A stretch of DNA of 64,000 nt, taken from an uncultured Gemmatimonadales bacterium (GTDB lineage: Bacteria > Gemmatimonadota > Gemmatimonadetes > Gemmatimonadales > Gemmatimonadaceae). The DNA is taken from contig CAWKNZ010000002.1 of assembly GCA_963851265.1 (NCBI GenBank), forward strand, positions 1,504,001 through 1,568,000, in the 5' to 3' direction. The first letter of the stretch is position 1, and each line of letters starts with the position of its first letter. Of the stretch, positions 10,829 to 20,726 are shown piece after piece. The position numbers and the translations under genes were made by a program. The notes under the pieces were generated by a model. It saw only the letters and a program-made list of their open reading frames with translations. It made no database searches and was not told the DNA's origin.

Positions 10829-12015
10829 GGCCGCAGCGTGAACCCGAGACTCAGCGTCCACGCGCGCTCGCGGACCCCGCTCAGCGCCGTCGGCTCGTCC
10901 ACGGCGCTGCGCAGCGCGCGCTGGAGCGTGAGGTCCGTGACCGCGCGCCCCCCAGCTAACGGCAGCCCGAGCCCGCCCGTGTACGCCGTCTCCCGGATCT
11001 GCGCCCCGTCGATCGCGAACGGGAGCGTGCGCTGCCGCGCGCCGAGTCGCAGAATCACCGGCGCGGCGCCGACCGAGGGACCCAGGGCCTCGATCCCGCC
11101 CATCAGTTCGTGCGTATCGCGGGCGTCGAGGCGCGAGGAACCGAGCCCGTTCATGCTCGACCAAATGGTGCGCGCGTATGACGCAGCGATGGTCGCGCCC
11201 GTGATCCGGTCGACGCGGAGCCCGAGTCCGTAGCGGTTCGGCACGGTGCCGCGGCCGACCACGGTGTCGCCGAACTCGGCCCTCATGCTCCCCCCGCGAC
11301 GGACCGAACCGGCCAGACTCAGGCCCCGGACCGGCGAGACCAGCGCGCCCGCACTGAACGCCGACCCTGTGAAGCTGAGTGTCGTCGAATCGGTGATCGA
11401 GCCGAAATTCGTGGTGTCGTAGAACTGGCGACCCGTGACGAGGCGATTGTTGCCCGTGAGCCGGTGCACCGCGACGCCGACCTGCAGCCAGCGCGTGACG
11501 ACGGCCCCCACCCCGAGGCGCAGATCCGAGATGCTGCCGCGCGACTCGACCGTCTCACGCGCCGAGACGGTCGAATCGCCGACGCTCGTCGCCGTCGAAT
11601 CGGTCGTCGTGAAGGAGCGGTCGAGAAAGGTCGACGCGCTGAACCCGAACGTGAACCGCTGCCGGAACGGGACGCCGATCGCGACCACCGGGAAGCGCGC
11701 GATGGTGTTGCGCGCGACGGCCGATCCGACCGTCGTGGTGCGAAACTCGGGGTCGTACTGGAAGGCGAACGCCGTGCGACCGTAGAGCGTGAGCGACGCG
11801 GGGTTGAGCGGCGACACCGGGTCGAACTCGGCCAACCCGCCGCCCGTCCCGAGCGCGCGCGTACTGAGCTGACCGGTGGGGTACCCGTAGCCCTGGCCCG
11901 ACAGACTGCCCTGCGCGGCGGCAGTGCCGCCGAGAAGCCCGAGACACGTTCCGGCTACGACCGTCGCCCCGGCAGAAGTGCGCGCCGCTCGGCGCAGATG
12001 GAGCGATCGCATCAC
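10825..12015 (-). CDS. Outer-membrane beta-barrel protein (FadL/porin-like, function unknown)
   Basis: Signal peptide (...AAAQG), NPASL motif, alternating beta-strand pattern, C-terminal WTLSLGFTLRP. Confidence 0.65.
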   Translation of the reverse strand: MMRSLHLRRAARTSAGATVVAGTCLGLLGGTAAAQGSLSGQGYGYPTGQLSTRALGTGGGLAEFDPVSPLNPASLTLYGRTAFAFQYDPEFRTTTVGSAVARNTIARFPVVAIGVPFRQRFTFGFSASTFLDRSFTTTDSTATSVGDSTVSARETVESRGSISDLRLGVGAVVTRWLQVGVAVHRLTGNNRLVTGRQFYDTTNFGSITDSTTLSFTGSAFSAGALVSPVRGLSLAGSVRRGGSMRAEFGDTVVGRGTVPNRYGLGLRVDRITGATIAASYARTIWSSMNGLGSSRLDARDTHELMGGIEALGPSVGAAPVILRLGARQRTLPFAIDGAQIRETAYTGGLGLPLAGGRAVTDLTLQRALRSAVDEPTALSGVRERAWTLSLGFTLRP

Positions 12016-13364
12016 GGAACGCCGAACGAGGTGCGGGGAACGTACGTGAGCCGAAGCCGCGGGCGCACTGCGACCGGCGCTTCGTTCGAGAAGAAACGGA
12101 CCTCGCTCGCCTGCGCGCCCTCGAGTGGCACGCGCAGCGCGATCGCCCGCATCGTCGTCGCCGGAAGCGACCGGAACGCTCGCACCAGGGTGACGAGCGA
12201 GAGCGAGCGCACGCCGCTGTCGGCCGGCGAAAGGGTGAGCGAGTCGGCGCTGAGGCCCGCCGGCGCCGCGAGAAGCGCCGCCTGGAACGGATCGGTCACG
12301 CTCGTGGTCGCGAGCACGGCCTCGCTCCGAAGGCGTACGGAGTCGCGCGCCGCCGCGTATCGCACCGGTTTTTGGGTCAGCTCCAGCACGGCGCGCACGA
12401 CGTCGGTCGAGTCGGTGAGCTTCACCGGGATGTTGAACTGCATCAGCGCCCGGAGCCCCGGCGTGCCCCCGACGACCAGGTCGGTCCCGTTCGGCGTCCG
12501 CGGCGACACGACGACGAGCGTCTGGTCGACTGCCGCCCCCGACGCGGTCACGTCTGACGCGGGGATGGCCGAGCTCGGGTTCACGGGCACCGCCTTGTAG
12601 CCGGTGTCGGTCGCGGCGTCGAACGAGAGCGATGGGCTCAGGGCGGAGAGCGAGGTGCCGCTCCGCACGCCGCGAATGCGCAGCTGGGCCCGCCCGCTGC
12701 TGACGATGCGAAGCCCGATCCGGAGGCGAGCGCCGGCCTTCGCCTTGGCCGCGAACGCGCTATCGCTCAGCGCGATGCGAAGCGTGTCGGCATAGATCCG
12801 ACCCGCCGGCAGTGCGAGCGTCCCGATCCGCCGGTCGCGCGTGAACTGCGCCGCGAGCGTCGCGGTGAGCGTGTCGGCCCCGCTCGGCGTATCGACGTCG
12901 TACGCCTCCAGCGTCGCGGGGTTCGCCAGCGAGTCCACCGTCGTCGTGTCACGGATGAGGCGCAGAAACGTGCTGTCCACTGCGGTGATCGCCACCGAGT
13001 CGCCGCCCGCCGCCGGTCCGTACTTCGAGGGAATCGTGTCGAACCGGATCACCGCGCGCACGTCGACGGAGTCCGGCGCGGGCGCGGTCGCGACGAACAG
13101 CGAGCGCGTCGCGCCCGTGAGCGGAAATCCGCTCAGCGTCGTGTCCAGCGCGACGGGGTCGAGCACGGTATCGCGGAGTTGCTCGTTGGCGAGCGGACAG
13201 AGAGTCGCACACGCCTTGCCGCTGTCGAGTTGCTCCGAACACGCGGCCGCGACCACGAGCACGACGAGGGCGAGGACGCCCGCCACGCGGCCGCGTACGG
13301 TGCCGCGCCACGAAGGGAGTGCGCGCAGCCAGAGCACTGCGCGCCTGAAGTACGAGTTCGACAT
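12012..13364 (-). CDS. Putative lipoprotein, beta-rich, Thr/Asp/Ser-rich
   Basis: Hydrophobic stretch ending VAAAC (lipobox-like); C-terminal RPRLRLTY; stop overlaps the start of the barrel gene. Confidence 0.65.
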   Translation of the reverse strand: MSNSYFRRAVLWLRALPSWRGTVRGRVAGVLALVVLVVAAACSEQLDSGKACATLCPLANEQLRDTVLDPVALDTTLSGFPLTGATRSLFVATAPAPDSVDVRAVIRFDTIPSKYGPAAGGDSVAITAVDSTFLRLIRDTTTVDSLANPATLEAYDVDTPSGADTLTATLAAQFTRDRRIGTLALPAGRIYADTLRIALSDSAFAAKAKAGARLRIGLRIVSSGRAQLRIRGVRSGTSLSALSPSLSFDAATDTGYKAVPVNPSSAIPASDVTASGAAVDQTLVVVSPRTPNGTDLVVGGTPGLRALMQFNIPVKLTDSTDVVRAVLELTQKPVRYAAARDSVRLRSEAVLATTSVTDPFQAALLAAPAGLSADSLTLSPADSGVRSLSLVTLVRAFRSLPATTMRAIALRVPLEGAQASEVRFFSNEAPVAVRPRLRLTYVPRTSFGVP

Positions 13365-13425
13365 CACGAACGTGAAAGAGTCGGCGCCGCCCGCGATCTG
13401 GCGGGGACGCGAGGGCCGGCAGCCG

Positions 13426-13848
13426 TCACGCGACGCCGAGCGAGGCGGGAACGAAGGGGCGCGGCAGCAGGTCGGCGAGCGTCCAGTCCATCGCGCGCCC
13501 GTCGGCCGCGACGCTTCGGATGGGCAGACTGGGCGCGAATTCGACGAGCACCTGGCGGCACTGGCCGCACGGCGGCGTCGGGTCGGCACCGTCGGTCACC
13601 AGCACGAGACGCTGGAACGTGCGGTGCCCGGCCGCGACGGCCGCCATCACCGCGCCGCGCTCGGCGCACATCCCGGCCGGGAACGCCGCGTTCTCGACGT
13701 TGCAGCCGGCCGCGATGGTACCGTCGGTCGTGAGAAGCGCGGCTCCGACCCGGAACCGCGAGTACGGCGCGTACGCGTTGTTCATCGCGCCCCGCGCCGC
13801 GGCCTCGACTGGGTCAGCCGCGAGCGCATCCGATGGCTCGACCGTCAT
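13426..13848 (-). CDS. cdd: Cytidine deaminase (homotetrameric type)
   Basis: [25 protein letters not shown] and PCGQCRQ motifs; ATG overlaps the deoB stop. Confidence 0.95.
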   Translation of the reverse strand: MTVEPSDALAADPVEAAARGAMNNAYAPYSRFRVGAALLTTDGTIAAGCNVENAAFPAGMCAERGAVMAAVAAGHRTFQRLVLVTDGADPTPPCGQCRQVLVEFAPSLPIRSVAADGRAMDWTLADLLPRPFVPASLGVA

Positions 13849-15032
13849 CGGGCCGCGCCGCCGAGCAGCGTCGGCAGGAACGAGGTGCCGGCGCCCGTGA
13901 ACGGTACGCCGAACCACGCGGCCACCGTCGCCCCAAGATCGGCGAACGTCGCCCGCGTACCCAGCGGAACGGGACGGACGCGCGGCCCCCGCACGAGCAG
14001 CGGGACGAACTCGCGCGCGTGGTCGGTAGACGGCGTGGTCGGGTCGTTGCCGTGGTCGGCGGTTATGAACAGCAGGTCGTCCTCGCGGAGCGCGGCTTCG
14101 AGCGCGGGCACCGCGGCGTCGACCGCGCGGAGCGCATCGGCGAACCCGACCGGATCGTTCCGGTGCCCGTACAGAGTGTCGAAATCTACGAGGTTGGCGA
14201 AGAGCAGTCCGTCACCGCCGTTCGCGACCCACTCCTTCACGCGCGCGAGCCCTTCCGCGTTGCCGTCCGTATGGTGGGCGACGAGCGACCGACCGGCGAA
14301 CAGATCGTCGACCTTTCCGACGCCGCGGCGCGCGATCCCTGCGCTCGCGAGCGCGTCGAGCACCGTCTCGGCCGGCGGCGGGAGCGAGTAGTCCCGGCGA
14401 TTGGCCGTCCGCCGGTACGCCCCCGCCTCGCCGACGAACGGTCGCGCGATCACGCGCGACACGTCATGCGGCGCGACGAGCAGCGCGCGTGCGGTCTCGC
14501 ACGCCGCGTACAACTCGTCGAGCGGCACGACGTGCTCGTGCGCCGCGATCTGGAAGACCGAATCTGCGGACGTGTAGACGATCCACGCGCCGCGTGCGGC
14601 CTGCTCGGCGCCGAACGCGTCGAGCACCGCCGTTCCGCTCGCGACGACGTTACCGATCACTGGCCGGCCCGTGAGGCGCTCGAACTCGTGGATCAGCGAG
14701 ACCGGAAATCCACCCGGGTAGGTGGGGAACGGGCGAGCGAGTCGAATCCCGGCGATCTCCCAGTGTCCGGTCGTGCTGTCCTTGCCGGCGGACGCCGGTT
14801 GCATGCGCCCCCACGCCGCGGCCGGCGCTGCGACCGGCGGCACACCGCGCAGATGGGCGATGCACCCGAGGCCGAGCCGTTCGAAGTTCGGCAACGCGAG
14901 GCCGCCGACCGCGTCACAGACATGAGCGAGCGTGTCGCTGCCGACGTCACCGTACGCGGCGGCGTCGGGCGCGGCACCGATTCCGACGCCGTCGAGCACG
15001 AGGATGATCGCGCGGCGACTCGGCTTCGTCAC
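13845..15032 (-). CDS. deoB: Phosphopentomutase
   Basis: [47 protein letters not shown] and TADHGNDP motifs. Confidence 0.95.
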   Translation of the reverse strand: MTKPSRRAIILVLDGVGIGAAPDAAAYGDVGSDTLAHVCDAVGGLALPNFERLGLGCIAHLRGVPPVAAPAAAWGRMQPASAGKDSTTGHWEIAGIRLARPFPTYPGGFPVSLIHEFERLTGRPVIGNVVASGTAVLDAFGAEQAARGAWIVYTSADSVFQIAAHEHVVPLDELYAACETARALLVAPHDVSRVIARPFVGEAGAYRRTANRRDYSLPPPAETVLDALASAGIARRGVGKVDDLFAGRSLVAHHTDGNAEGLARVKEWVANGGDGLLFANLVDFDTLYGHRNDPVGFADALRAVDAAVPALEAALREDDLLFITADHGNDPTTPSTDHAREFVPLLVRGPRVRPVPLGTRATFADLGATVAAWFGVPFTGAGTSFLPTLLGGAAR

Positions 15033-15056
15033 GCCGCCACCGTCACGTTCGCCACG

Positions 15057-16202
15057 TCACGACGCGGCGCCGACGTAGCGGCGCGGCACGCGCATCGCGA
15101 GCCCAGTCAGCAACTCGTACGGCGACAGCTCCGCACGCGCGGCCACGCCGGCCACGGTCAGCACGCCGCCGGCGGAGGTGCCGATGAGCGTGGCCACGTC
15201 GCCGATCGCGCACGGGATGTCAGTGACGTCGAGCATCGTCATGTCCATGGTCACGAGGCCGGCGACGCGGGCGAGCCGGCCGTTGAGCAACACCTCACCC
15301 CGGTTGGACAGGGCGCGGCGATAACCGTCCGCGTACCCCGCCGCGACGGTCGCGATCCGCCGCGCGTGCTCGGCACGCGACGTCGCGCCATAGCTGACGC
15401 CCTCCCCGGCCGGGAGCTCGCGCAGATCGACGACGCGCGCGCGCAGATGCGCGACGGGCGCGGGCTCGAGCAGATCGACGGCGCGACGCGCCGCGGTCGA
15501 AACGCCGTACACGAAGATTCCGGGCCGAACGAGGTCCCACGGCGAGGGCGCGACGGATTCCACCGCCGGCCCGTTCTCCGCATGCAGTAGTCGCGGTCGG
15601 GCCGGGAGTCGCGCGATCGCGCTCAGGAAGCGCGAGGTCTGCTCGTCGCGCGTGCCGTCCGCCCGGTCCGCGGAGTGGAAATGCGTGTACGCGCCCTCCG
15701 GGGGATGCGCCGCGATCGCGGCGATGAGGTCGTCGTCGAGCGCGTACCACGGCACGCCCGCGCGCGACATCCCGGTATCGATCCCGAGGTGCCACGGCGC
15801 GTCCAGCGCCGCGGCGGCCCACGCGCGGACGTCGCCCGCACGGTGGAGCGTCGGCGTCATGCCTAACGCATGCGCGTGCGCGAACTCGCACACGAGCAGC
15901 GGAGTCGTCACCAGCAGCCGAGCGGAGATCCGCGCGGCCCGCAACGCCGCGCCCTCGGCCACGCTCGCGACGCCGAATCCCCAGGGATCACCGGCCGCGC
16001 CGAGCGCGCGCGCGACCGCGACCGCGCCCAGGCCGTAGCCGTCGGCCTTGATCATCGGCACGAGCGGCACGCGCGCGCGCGCGCGCAGCGACCGCGCGTT
16101 CGCGACGAGGGCGTCGAGATCGACGTCGAGCCACGCCCGCGCCGTCGACGCATCGTCGAACCCGGCGCCCGAGCTCACGCGTCCGATAGATTCTGCGGCC
16201 AT
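15057..16202 (-). CDS. alr: Alanine racemase
   Basis: PMIKADGYGLGA (PLP Lys), IDTGMSRAG, THF, VRPGI, GYADG, GLVTMD and YELLT motifs; ATG at 16202. Confidence 0.92.
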   Translation of the reverse strand: MAAESIGRVSSGAGFDDASTARAWLDVDLDALVANARSLRARARVPLVPMIKADGYGLGAVAVARALGAAGDPWGFGVASVAEGAALRAARISARLLVTTPLLVCEFAHAHALGMTPTLHRAGDVRAWAAAALDAPWHLGIDTGMSRAGVPWYALDDDLIAAIAAHPPEGAYTHFHSADRADGTRDEQTSRFLSAIARLPARPRLLHAENGPAVESVAPSPWDLVRPGIFVYGVSTAARRAVDLLEPAPVAHLRARVVDLRELPAGEGVSYGATSRAEHARRIATVAAGYADGYRRALSNRGEVLLNGRLARVAGLVTMDMTMLDVTDIPCAIGDVATLIGTSAGGVLTVAGVAARAELSPYELLTGLAMRVPRRYVGAAS

Positions 16203-16250
16203 GGGCGCGCAACGTACCAACCGCTGAAGAGTTCGGGCAAGAACGAAGGC

Positions 16251-17033
16251 ATGCAACACAAGGCCACGCTTGCGGATACGCTCGCGCTGATGCGCGACCT
16301 GCGCGCGCGCTGCGAGTGGGACCGCGCGCAAACGCACAGCTCGCTGCGACCGTACCTGATCGAGGAAGCACACGAGGTCGACGACGCGATCCGCGAGGGC
16401 GACGACGCCGCCCTGCGCGAGGAGCTCGGCGACCTGCTGCTTCAGGTCGTCTTCCACGCCGTCGTCGCCGAGGAGCGAGGGGCGTTCGACCTCGGCGACG
16501 TCGCGCAGTCGCTCGTCACGAAGATGCGCGACCGGCACCCGCACCTGTACCCGACCGACGGCGCCGACGGCCCGACCGAGCGCCCGAGCTGGGAGGGGAT
16601 GAAGGCCCGCGCGCGCAAGGGCGGCATCGACCGCGGGCTGCCGGCCGCCCTCCCCGCCCTCCACCGCGCGCATCGGCTGCAGGACCGCGCCGCGGGCGTG
16701 GGCTTCGACTGGCCTAACGCGGACGGGCCGGCCGACAAGGTCGCCGAGGAACTCGGCGAGGTGCGCCAGGAGCTCGCGGCGGGCGGCGGAGCGGGCGGGC
16801 GCGACCACGGCGCGGTCGAAGCCGAACTCGGCGACCTGCTGTTCGCCGTCGTCAACCTGTGTCGCAAGAGCGGCGTGCACGCCTCGCTCGCGCTCGACCG
16901 CGCGAACGCCAAGTTCACGAGCCGGTTCAACGCCGTCGAGCGCCTCGCGGCCGAACGCGGAATCGACGTGGCCGACGCCGGGATCGAGGTCCTCGACGGG
17001 CTGTGGGACGAGGTGAAGGCCGCGGAGCGCTGA
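16251..17033 (+). CDS. mazG: Nucleoside triphosphate pyrophosphohydrolase MazG
   Basis: CEWDRAQTHSSLRPYLIEEAHEV, EELGDLLLQVVFH, GFDW and ELGDLLFAVVN; two MazG repeats. Confidence 0.93.
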   Translation: MQHKATLADTLALMRDLRARCEWDRAQTHSSLRPYLIEEAHEVDDAIREGDDAALREELGDLLLQVVFHAVVAEERGAFDLGDVAQSLVTKMRDRHPHLYPTDGADGPTERPSWEGMKARARKGGIDRGLPAALPALHRAHRLQDRAAGVGFDWPNADGPADKVAEELGEVRQELAAGGGAGGRDHGAVEAELGDLLFAVVNLCRKSGVHASLALDRANAKFTSRFNAVERLAAERGIDVADAGIEVLDGLWDEVKAAER

Positions 17034-17059
17034 CCGCGCGGCGGCCGGCCGAGCAGGTC

Positions 17060-18361
17060 CTACGGCCGGAGCCGCTCCATCATCCGCGGGAACGGGATCA
17101 CCTCGCGGATGTGCTCGATGCCGCAGATCCAGGCCACCGTCCGTTCGAGCCCGAGCCCGAAGCCCGAGTGGACGAAGCTGCCGTACTTCCGCAGGTCGAG
17201 GTACCACCCGTACGCGTCGAGGGGCAGCCCTTCCTCGATGATCCGCGCGCGCAGCTTGTCGTAGTCGTCCTCGCGCTGTGACCCGCCGACGATCTCGCCG
17301 CGGCCTTCGGGCGCGAGCAGGTCCGAGCATCGCACGGTCCGCGGGTCGGCCGGGTTCTCTTTCATGTAGAAGGCCTTCGCCTCCTTCGGGTAGTTCACGA
17401 CGAACACCGGCCGGTCGTACGCGTCGACGATCTTGGCCTCGTCGGGCGCGCCGAGGTCCTCGCCCCACACGGTCTCGCTCCCCTTGCTCCGCACCAGTTC
17501 GACCGCGTCGCCGTAATCGAGGCGCACGAAGGGCGGCGTGATCAGCGTAAGCCGCGCGGTGTCGCGCTCGAGCACCTTCAGCTCCTCGCCACGCCGCTCG
17601 AGCGTACGCTCGACGAGGTACGCGACGAGCTCCTCCTGCAGCCGCATGTTGTCGTCCTGATCGAACCACGCCATCTCGGGCTCGATCATCCAGAACTCGG
17701 TGAGGTGCCGCCGCGTCTTCGACTTCTCCGCGCGGAACGTCGGTCCGAACGTGTAGATCCGGCCTAACGCCGCGGCGAGCGCCTCGCCGTAGAGCTGCCC
17801 GGTCTGAGCGAGGTAGGCGGTGCCCTCGTCGAAGTACTCGGTCGAGAACAGCCCCGAGCGCTCGCCGATCGCGGCGGTGAGGATCGGCGTGTCGCAGCGG
17901 ACGAACTCGCGCGCGTAGAAGAAGTCGTGGATCGCCTGCTCGATCTCGTGCCGCACGCGCAGGATCGCGGCCTGCCGCTGGCTTCGCAGCCAGAGGTGGC
18001 GGTGGTCGAGCAGGAAGTCGACGCCGTGCTCCTTCGGCTGGATCGGGTAGTCCGGGTCGCTCGCGCCGAGCAACTCTACGCTGTCGGCGCCCATCTCGTA
18101 CCCGCCGGGCGCCCGCGCATCGGCCCGGACCTCGCCGGTGACCGCCACGGCGCTCTCGAGCGTGAGCGCGCCGAACGTGGCCCACGTCTCCGGGCTCACC
18201 GCATTCTTGACGAGCACGGCCTGCAGCACGCCCGTGCCGTCACGCACGACGAGGAAGGCCACCTTGCCCGACGATCGGACACGCGTGACCCATGCGCGTA
18301 CCGTGACGCGCGATCCGACATGGCGACCCAACTCGGCGATCCGGGCGAACGGAGATGTCAT
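17060..18361 (-). CDS. asnS: Asparagine--tRNA ligase
   Basis: OB-fold start, YLAQTGQLY, FGPTFRAEKSKTRRHLTEFWMIEPE, KAFYM, GGSQRED and HSGFGLGLER motifs. Confidence 0.96.
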   Translation of the reverse strand: MTSPFARIAELGRHVGSRVTVRAWVTRVRSSGKVAFLVVRDGTGVLQAVLVKNAVSPETWATFGALTLESAVAVTGEVRADARAPGGYEMGADSVELLGASDPDYPIQPKEHGVDFLLDHRHLWLRSQRQAAILRVRHEIEQAIHDFFYAREFVRCDTPILTAAIGERSGLFSTEYFDEGTAYLAQTGQLYGEALAAALGRIYTFGPTFRAEKSKTRRHLTEFWMIEPEMAWFDQDDNMRLQEELVAYLVERTLERRGEELKVLERDTARLTLITPPFVRLDYGDAVELVRSKGSETVWGEDLGAPDEAKIVDAYDRPVFVVNYPKEAKAFYMKENPADPRTVRCSDLLAPEGRGEIVGGSQREDDYDKLRARIIEEGLPLDAYGWYLDLRKYGSFVHSGFGLGLERTVAWICGIEHIREVIPFPRMMERLRP

Positions 18362-18410
18362 TGTCTGCAAAGGAGTTAGCTGGCGCGTCCGCGCCTGGAA
18401 CGGCCGTCGC

Positions 18411-18440
18411 AACCTACCCCGCGCAGGACGACCGCGTCAA
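18411..18440 (-). promoter_or_regulatory. Sigma70-like promoter candidate for asnS
   Basis: TTGACG (18440-18435), 18-nt spacer, TAGGTT (18416-18411) in the divergent intergenic region. Confidence 0.45.
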
Positions 18441-18529
18441 CGCGACGCGCGGCCACGCGGCGGGCACACCGCTCGCGTGCCCGCCGTGAGCGCTATCTTC
18501 GCCGGGACCGCTTTCCCGTCCGACCAACC

Positions 18530-20092
18530 GTGACGCTCCGACTCCGCCTCGTCCTCGGCCTCGCGGCCGTGGTCCTGTTGCTCGCGACACCGCTCGGCCT
18601 GGCGCTTCACGCGCTCCGCGGCGCGGAGTCGGCCGCGTCCAACCTCCGAACACAGGACGTGGCGGCGTCGCTGCTCCTCGGCCGCGTTCGCGCGACGACG
18701 CAGGCCCTCCGGGACAACGACCTGTCCGCGACCGCCGGCTGGCCCGGTGATCCGAGAACGCTGTCCGAGATCGACGCGAACGCGGCGACGTTGCACATGC
18801 TCGCGGACTCGACCCGTGCGTACGGGCTCAACGCCTTCGCCGCCCAGATCGCGACGACCGCCGCGATCGTCGCCGCGAACGGACCCGCGGAGTGGACGGC
18901 GTACGCCAACAAGCAGCCGCTGCTCGCCGACAGCATCTCCACCCATCGGGTGATTCCCGCTCTCGTCGACGTCGACCGCGCGCTCGCCGAGGCGACTCGC
19001 GAGATCGATGCGCGTGCGGAGCGGCACACCTCGGAGGTCGAGACGGCTGCCGGCCTCGCGCGCCAACAGGCGTTCTCGCTCTTCGTCGCGGCGCTCGCCG
19101 GCGCGCTCGCGGTCACGGTGTGGCTCACGCGAACGGTGAGCGGCTCGGTCCGCACCATCGAGCGCGGTCTCGCCGCGGTCGCCGCGGGCCGGTTCGACCA
19201 CACGCTCGGCGTGCGCGCCTCCGATCGCGACGAGTTCGGCCGCCTGGCGGGCAGCTTCGAGCAGATGGCGGCGAAGCTCGCCGAGCTCGACAAACTCAAG
19301 TCCGCGTTCGTCTCGGTCGCGTCGCACGAGCTCAAGACGCCGATCAACGTCATCCTGGGTTACCTCACCCTCCTGAACGACGGGATCTACGGGCCCGTCG
19401 CGGAATCGCAGTGCGACGTGCTCTCGACCATCGAACGGCAGACGCGGACGCTCTCCCGCCTCGTCCAACACTTGCTCGACGTGAGTCGATTCGAAGCCGG
19501 CGTGGCACGCCTCGAACTCCGCCCCGTGGCACTCCGCCCGATCCTCCACGAAACCGAACAGTCGCACGCGGTGCTCGCACACCAGCGCAACATCGCGTTT
19601 CACGCGCGCGTCGCGCCCGAGCTGCCAGACGTCGTCACGTGGGACGCGGACCGCGTGCGCGAGGTGCTCGACAACCTGCTCAGCAACGCGGTCAAGTTCA
19701 CCCCGCCCGGCGGATCGGTCGAACTCGAGGTCTCGTGCGACCGGCGTCAGCACCCGCCATCCGTCCGCCTCACCGTCTGCGATTCCGGCGTCGGCATCCC
19801 CGCGGAGCAGCTGCCGCGCGTGTTCGAAAAGTTCTACCAGGCGAACAACCAGGGCGGCGCCGCGGCAAAGGGCACCGGGCTGGGACTCGCGATCTCGAAG
19901 GAGATCGTCGAGGCGCACGGCGGCTTCATCGAGGTGTCGAGCACGCCGGGCGTGTGCACGGAGTTTGTCGTGACGCTGCCGGTCACGGCGCACGACGTGA
20001 CCGCGCTGGTCACCGCGGACGAGCGGCCGGAGCCCGATCACGAGACGGACGCGCTGCAACGCCGCGCATCGGCCGGGGCTACGATCGCGTGA
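18530..20092 (+). CDS. Membrane sensor histidine kinase (2 TM, HAMP, HisKA, HATPase)
   Basis: Two TM segments, DEFGRLA HAMP, ASHELKTP, NLLSNAVKFT, DSGVGI and GTGLGLAI. Confidence 0.93.
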   Translation: MTLRLRLVLGLAAVVLLLATPLGLALHALRGAESAASNLRTQDVAASLLLGRVRATTQALRDNDLSATAGWPGDPRTLSEIDANAATLHMLADSTRAYGLNAFAAQIATTAAIVAANGPAEWTAYANKQPLLADSISTHRVIPALVDVDRALAEATREIDARAERHTSEVETAAGLARQQAFSLFVAALAGALAVTVWLTRTVSGSVRTIERGLAAVAAGRFDHTLGVRASDRDEFGRLAGSFEQMAAKLAELDKLKSAFVSVASHELKTPINVILGYLTLLNDGIYGPVAESQCDVLSTIERQTRTLSRLVQHLLDVSRFEAGVARLELRPVALRPILHETEQSHAVLAHQRNIAFHARVAPELPDVVTWDADRVREVLDNLLSNAVKFTPPGGSVELEVSCDRRQHPPSVRLTVCDSGVGIPAEQLPRVFEKFYQANNQGGAAAKGTGLGLAISKEIVEAHGGFIEVSSTPGVCTEFVVTLPVTAHDVTALVTADERPEPDHETDALQRRASAGATIA

Positions 20093-20700
20093 GCCGCGAC
20101 GTGTCGATCGTGCCAACGACGGCGGGACGCACGTGGGCCGGCCCACGCACGCTGCTCGCGTGCGCGAGTGTCGTCGCAGCGGGTTGCGCCGGTCGACGCC
20201 CGCCGGTAGCGGCTCCGGTCGTCGACCCGGTCGTCGCGCTGTGGTCGACGACGCTCGATAGCGCTCGCGCCGCGATCGCGAACGGGCACGGACCGCACGC
20301 CGATACGCTGCTGACCACATTCCGGCAACGCTTCGCCGGTCGACCGGAAAGCGCCGAAGCGCTCTACTGGCGCGCCCTCGCGCGCGTCGACGCGCCGGCG
20401 CCCGCCGGGGGCGTCCGCCCGGCCGTGTCGGACCTCGACGCCTATCGCGCCACGCTCACGCCCGCGCACCGGGCCGAGGCGTCCGCTCTCCGCCGCGTCT
20501 TCGCGCAACTCGACTCGGCGCGCGCGGTGACGATCGTGGTCGACCGTCCAGCCGCGGCATCGCGCGCGGGACTCGTCTCGCGCGACAGCCTCCGCGCCCT
20601 CGAGGACGAGTTGCAACGCGTTCGCACCGACGCGGCGGCTACGCAGACAGAGCTCGACCGCGTCCGCCGCCGCCTCGCCGCGCCGAGCCGCCGCCCGTAG
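20089..20700 (+). CDS. Putative lipoprotein with TPR-like helices and C-terminal coiled coil (QseG/YfhG-like architecture)
   Basis: GTG overlaps the kinase stop; lipobox-like VAAGC; EALYWRALA helix; LRALEDELQRVR...ELDRVRRRL coiled coil. Confidence 0.65.
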   Translation: MSRDVSIVPTTAGRTWAGPRTLLACASVVAAGCAGRRPPVAAPVVDPVVALWSTTLDSARAAIANGHGPHADTLLTTFRQRFAGRPESAEALYWRALARVDAPAPAGGVRPAVSDLDAYRATLTPAHRAEASALRRVFAQLDSARAVTIVVDRPAAASRAGLVSRDSLRALEDELQRVRTDAAATQTELDRVRRRLAAPSRRP

Positions 20701-20726
20701 CGCCGGGTCGGGCTCGGCCGGGGCGT

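Noticed and set aside
15057..18185. 1042-aa ORF that looks like a large alanine racemase fusion
   Set aside because: The N-terminal part is an off-frame read of asnS and the antisense of mazG; the racemase begins at ATG 16202
18362..18529. T-box or riboswitch upstream of asnS
   Set aside because: The region is short and shared with a divergent gene; no T-box consensus or terminator is visible
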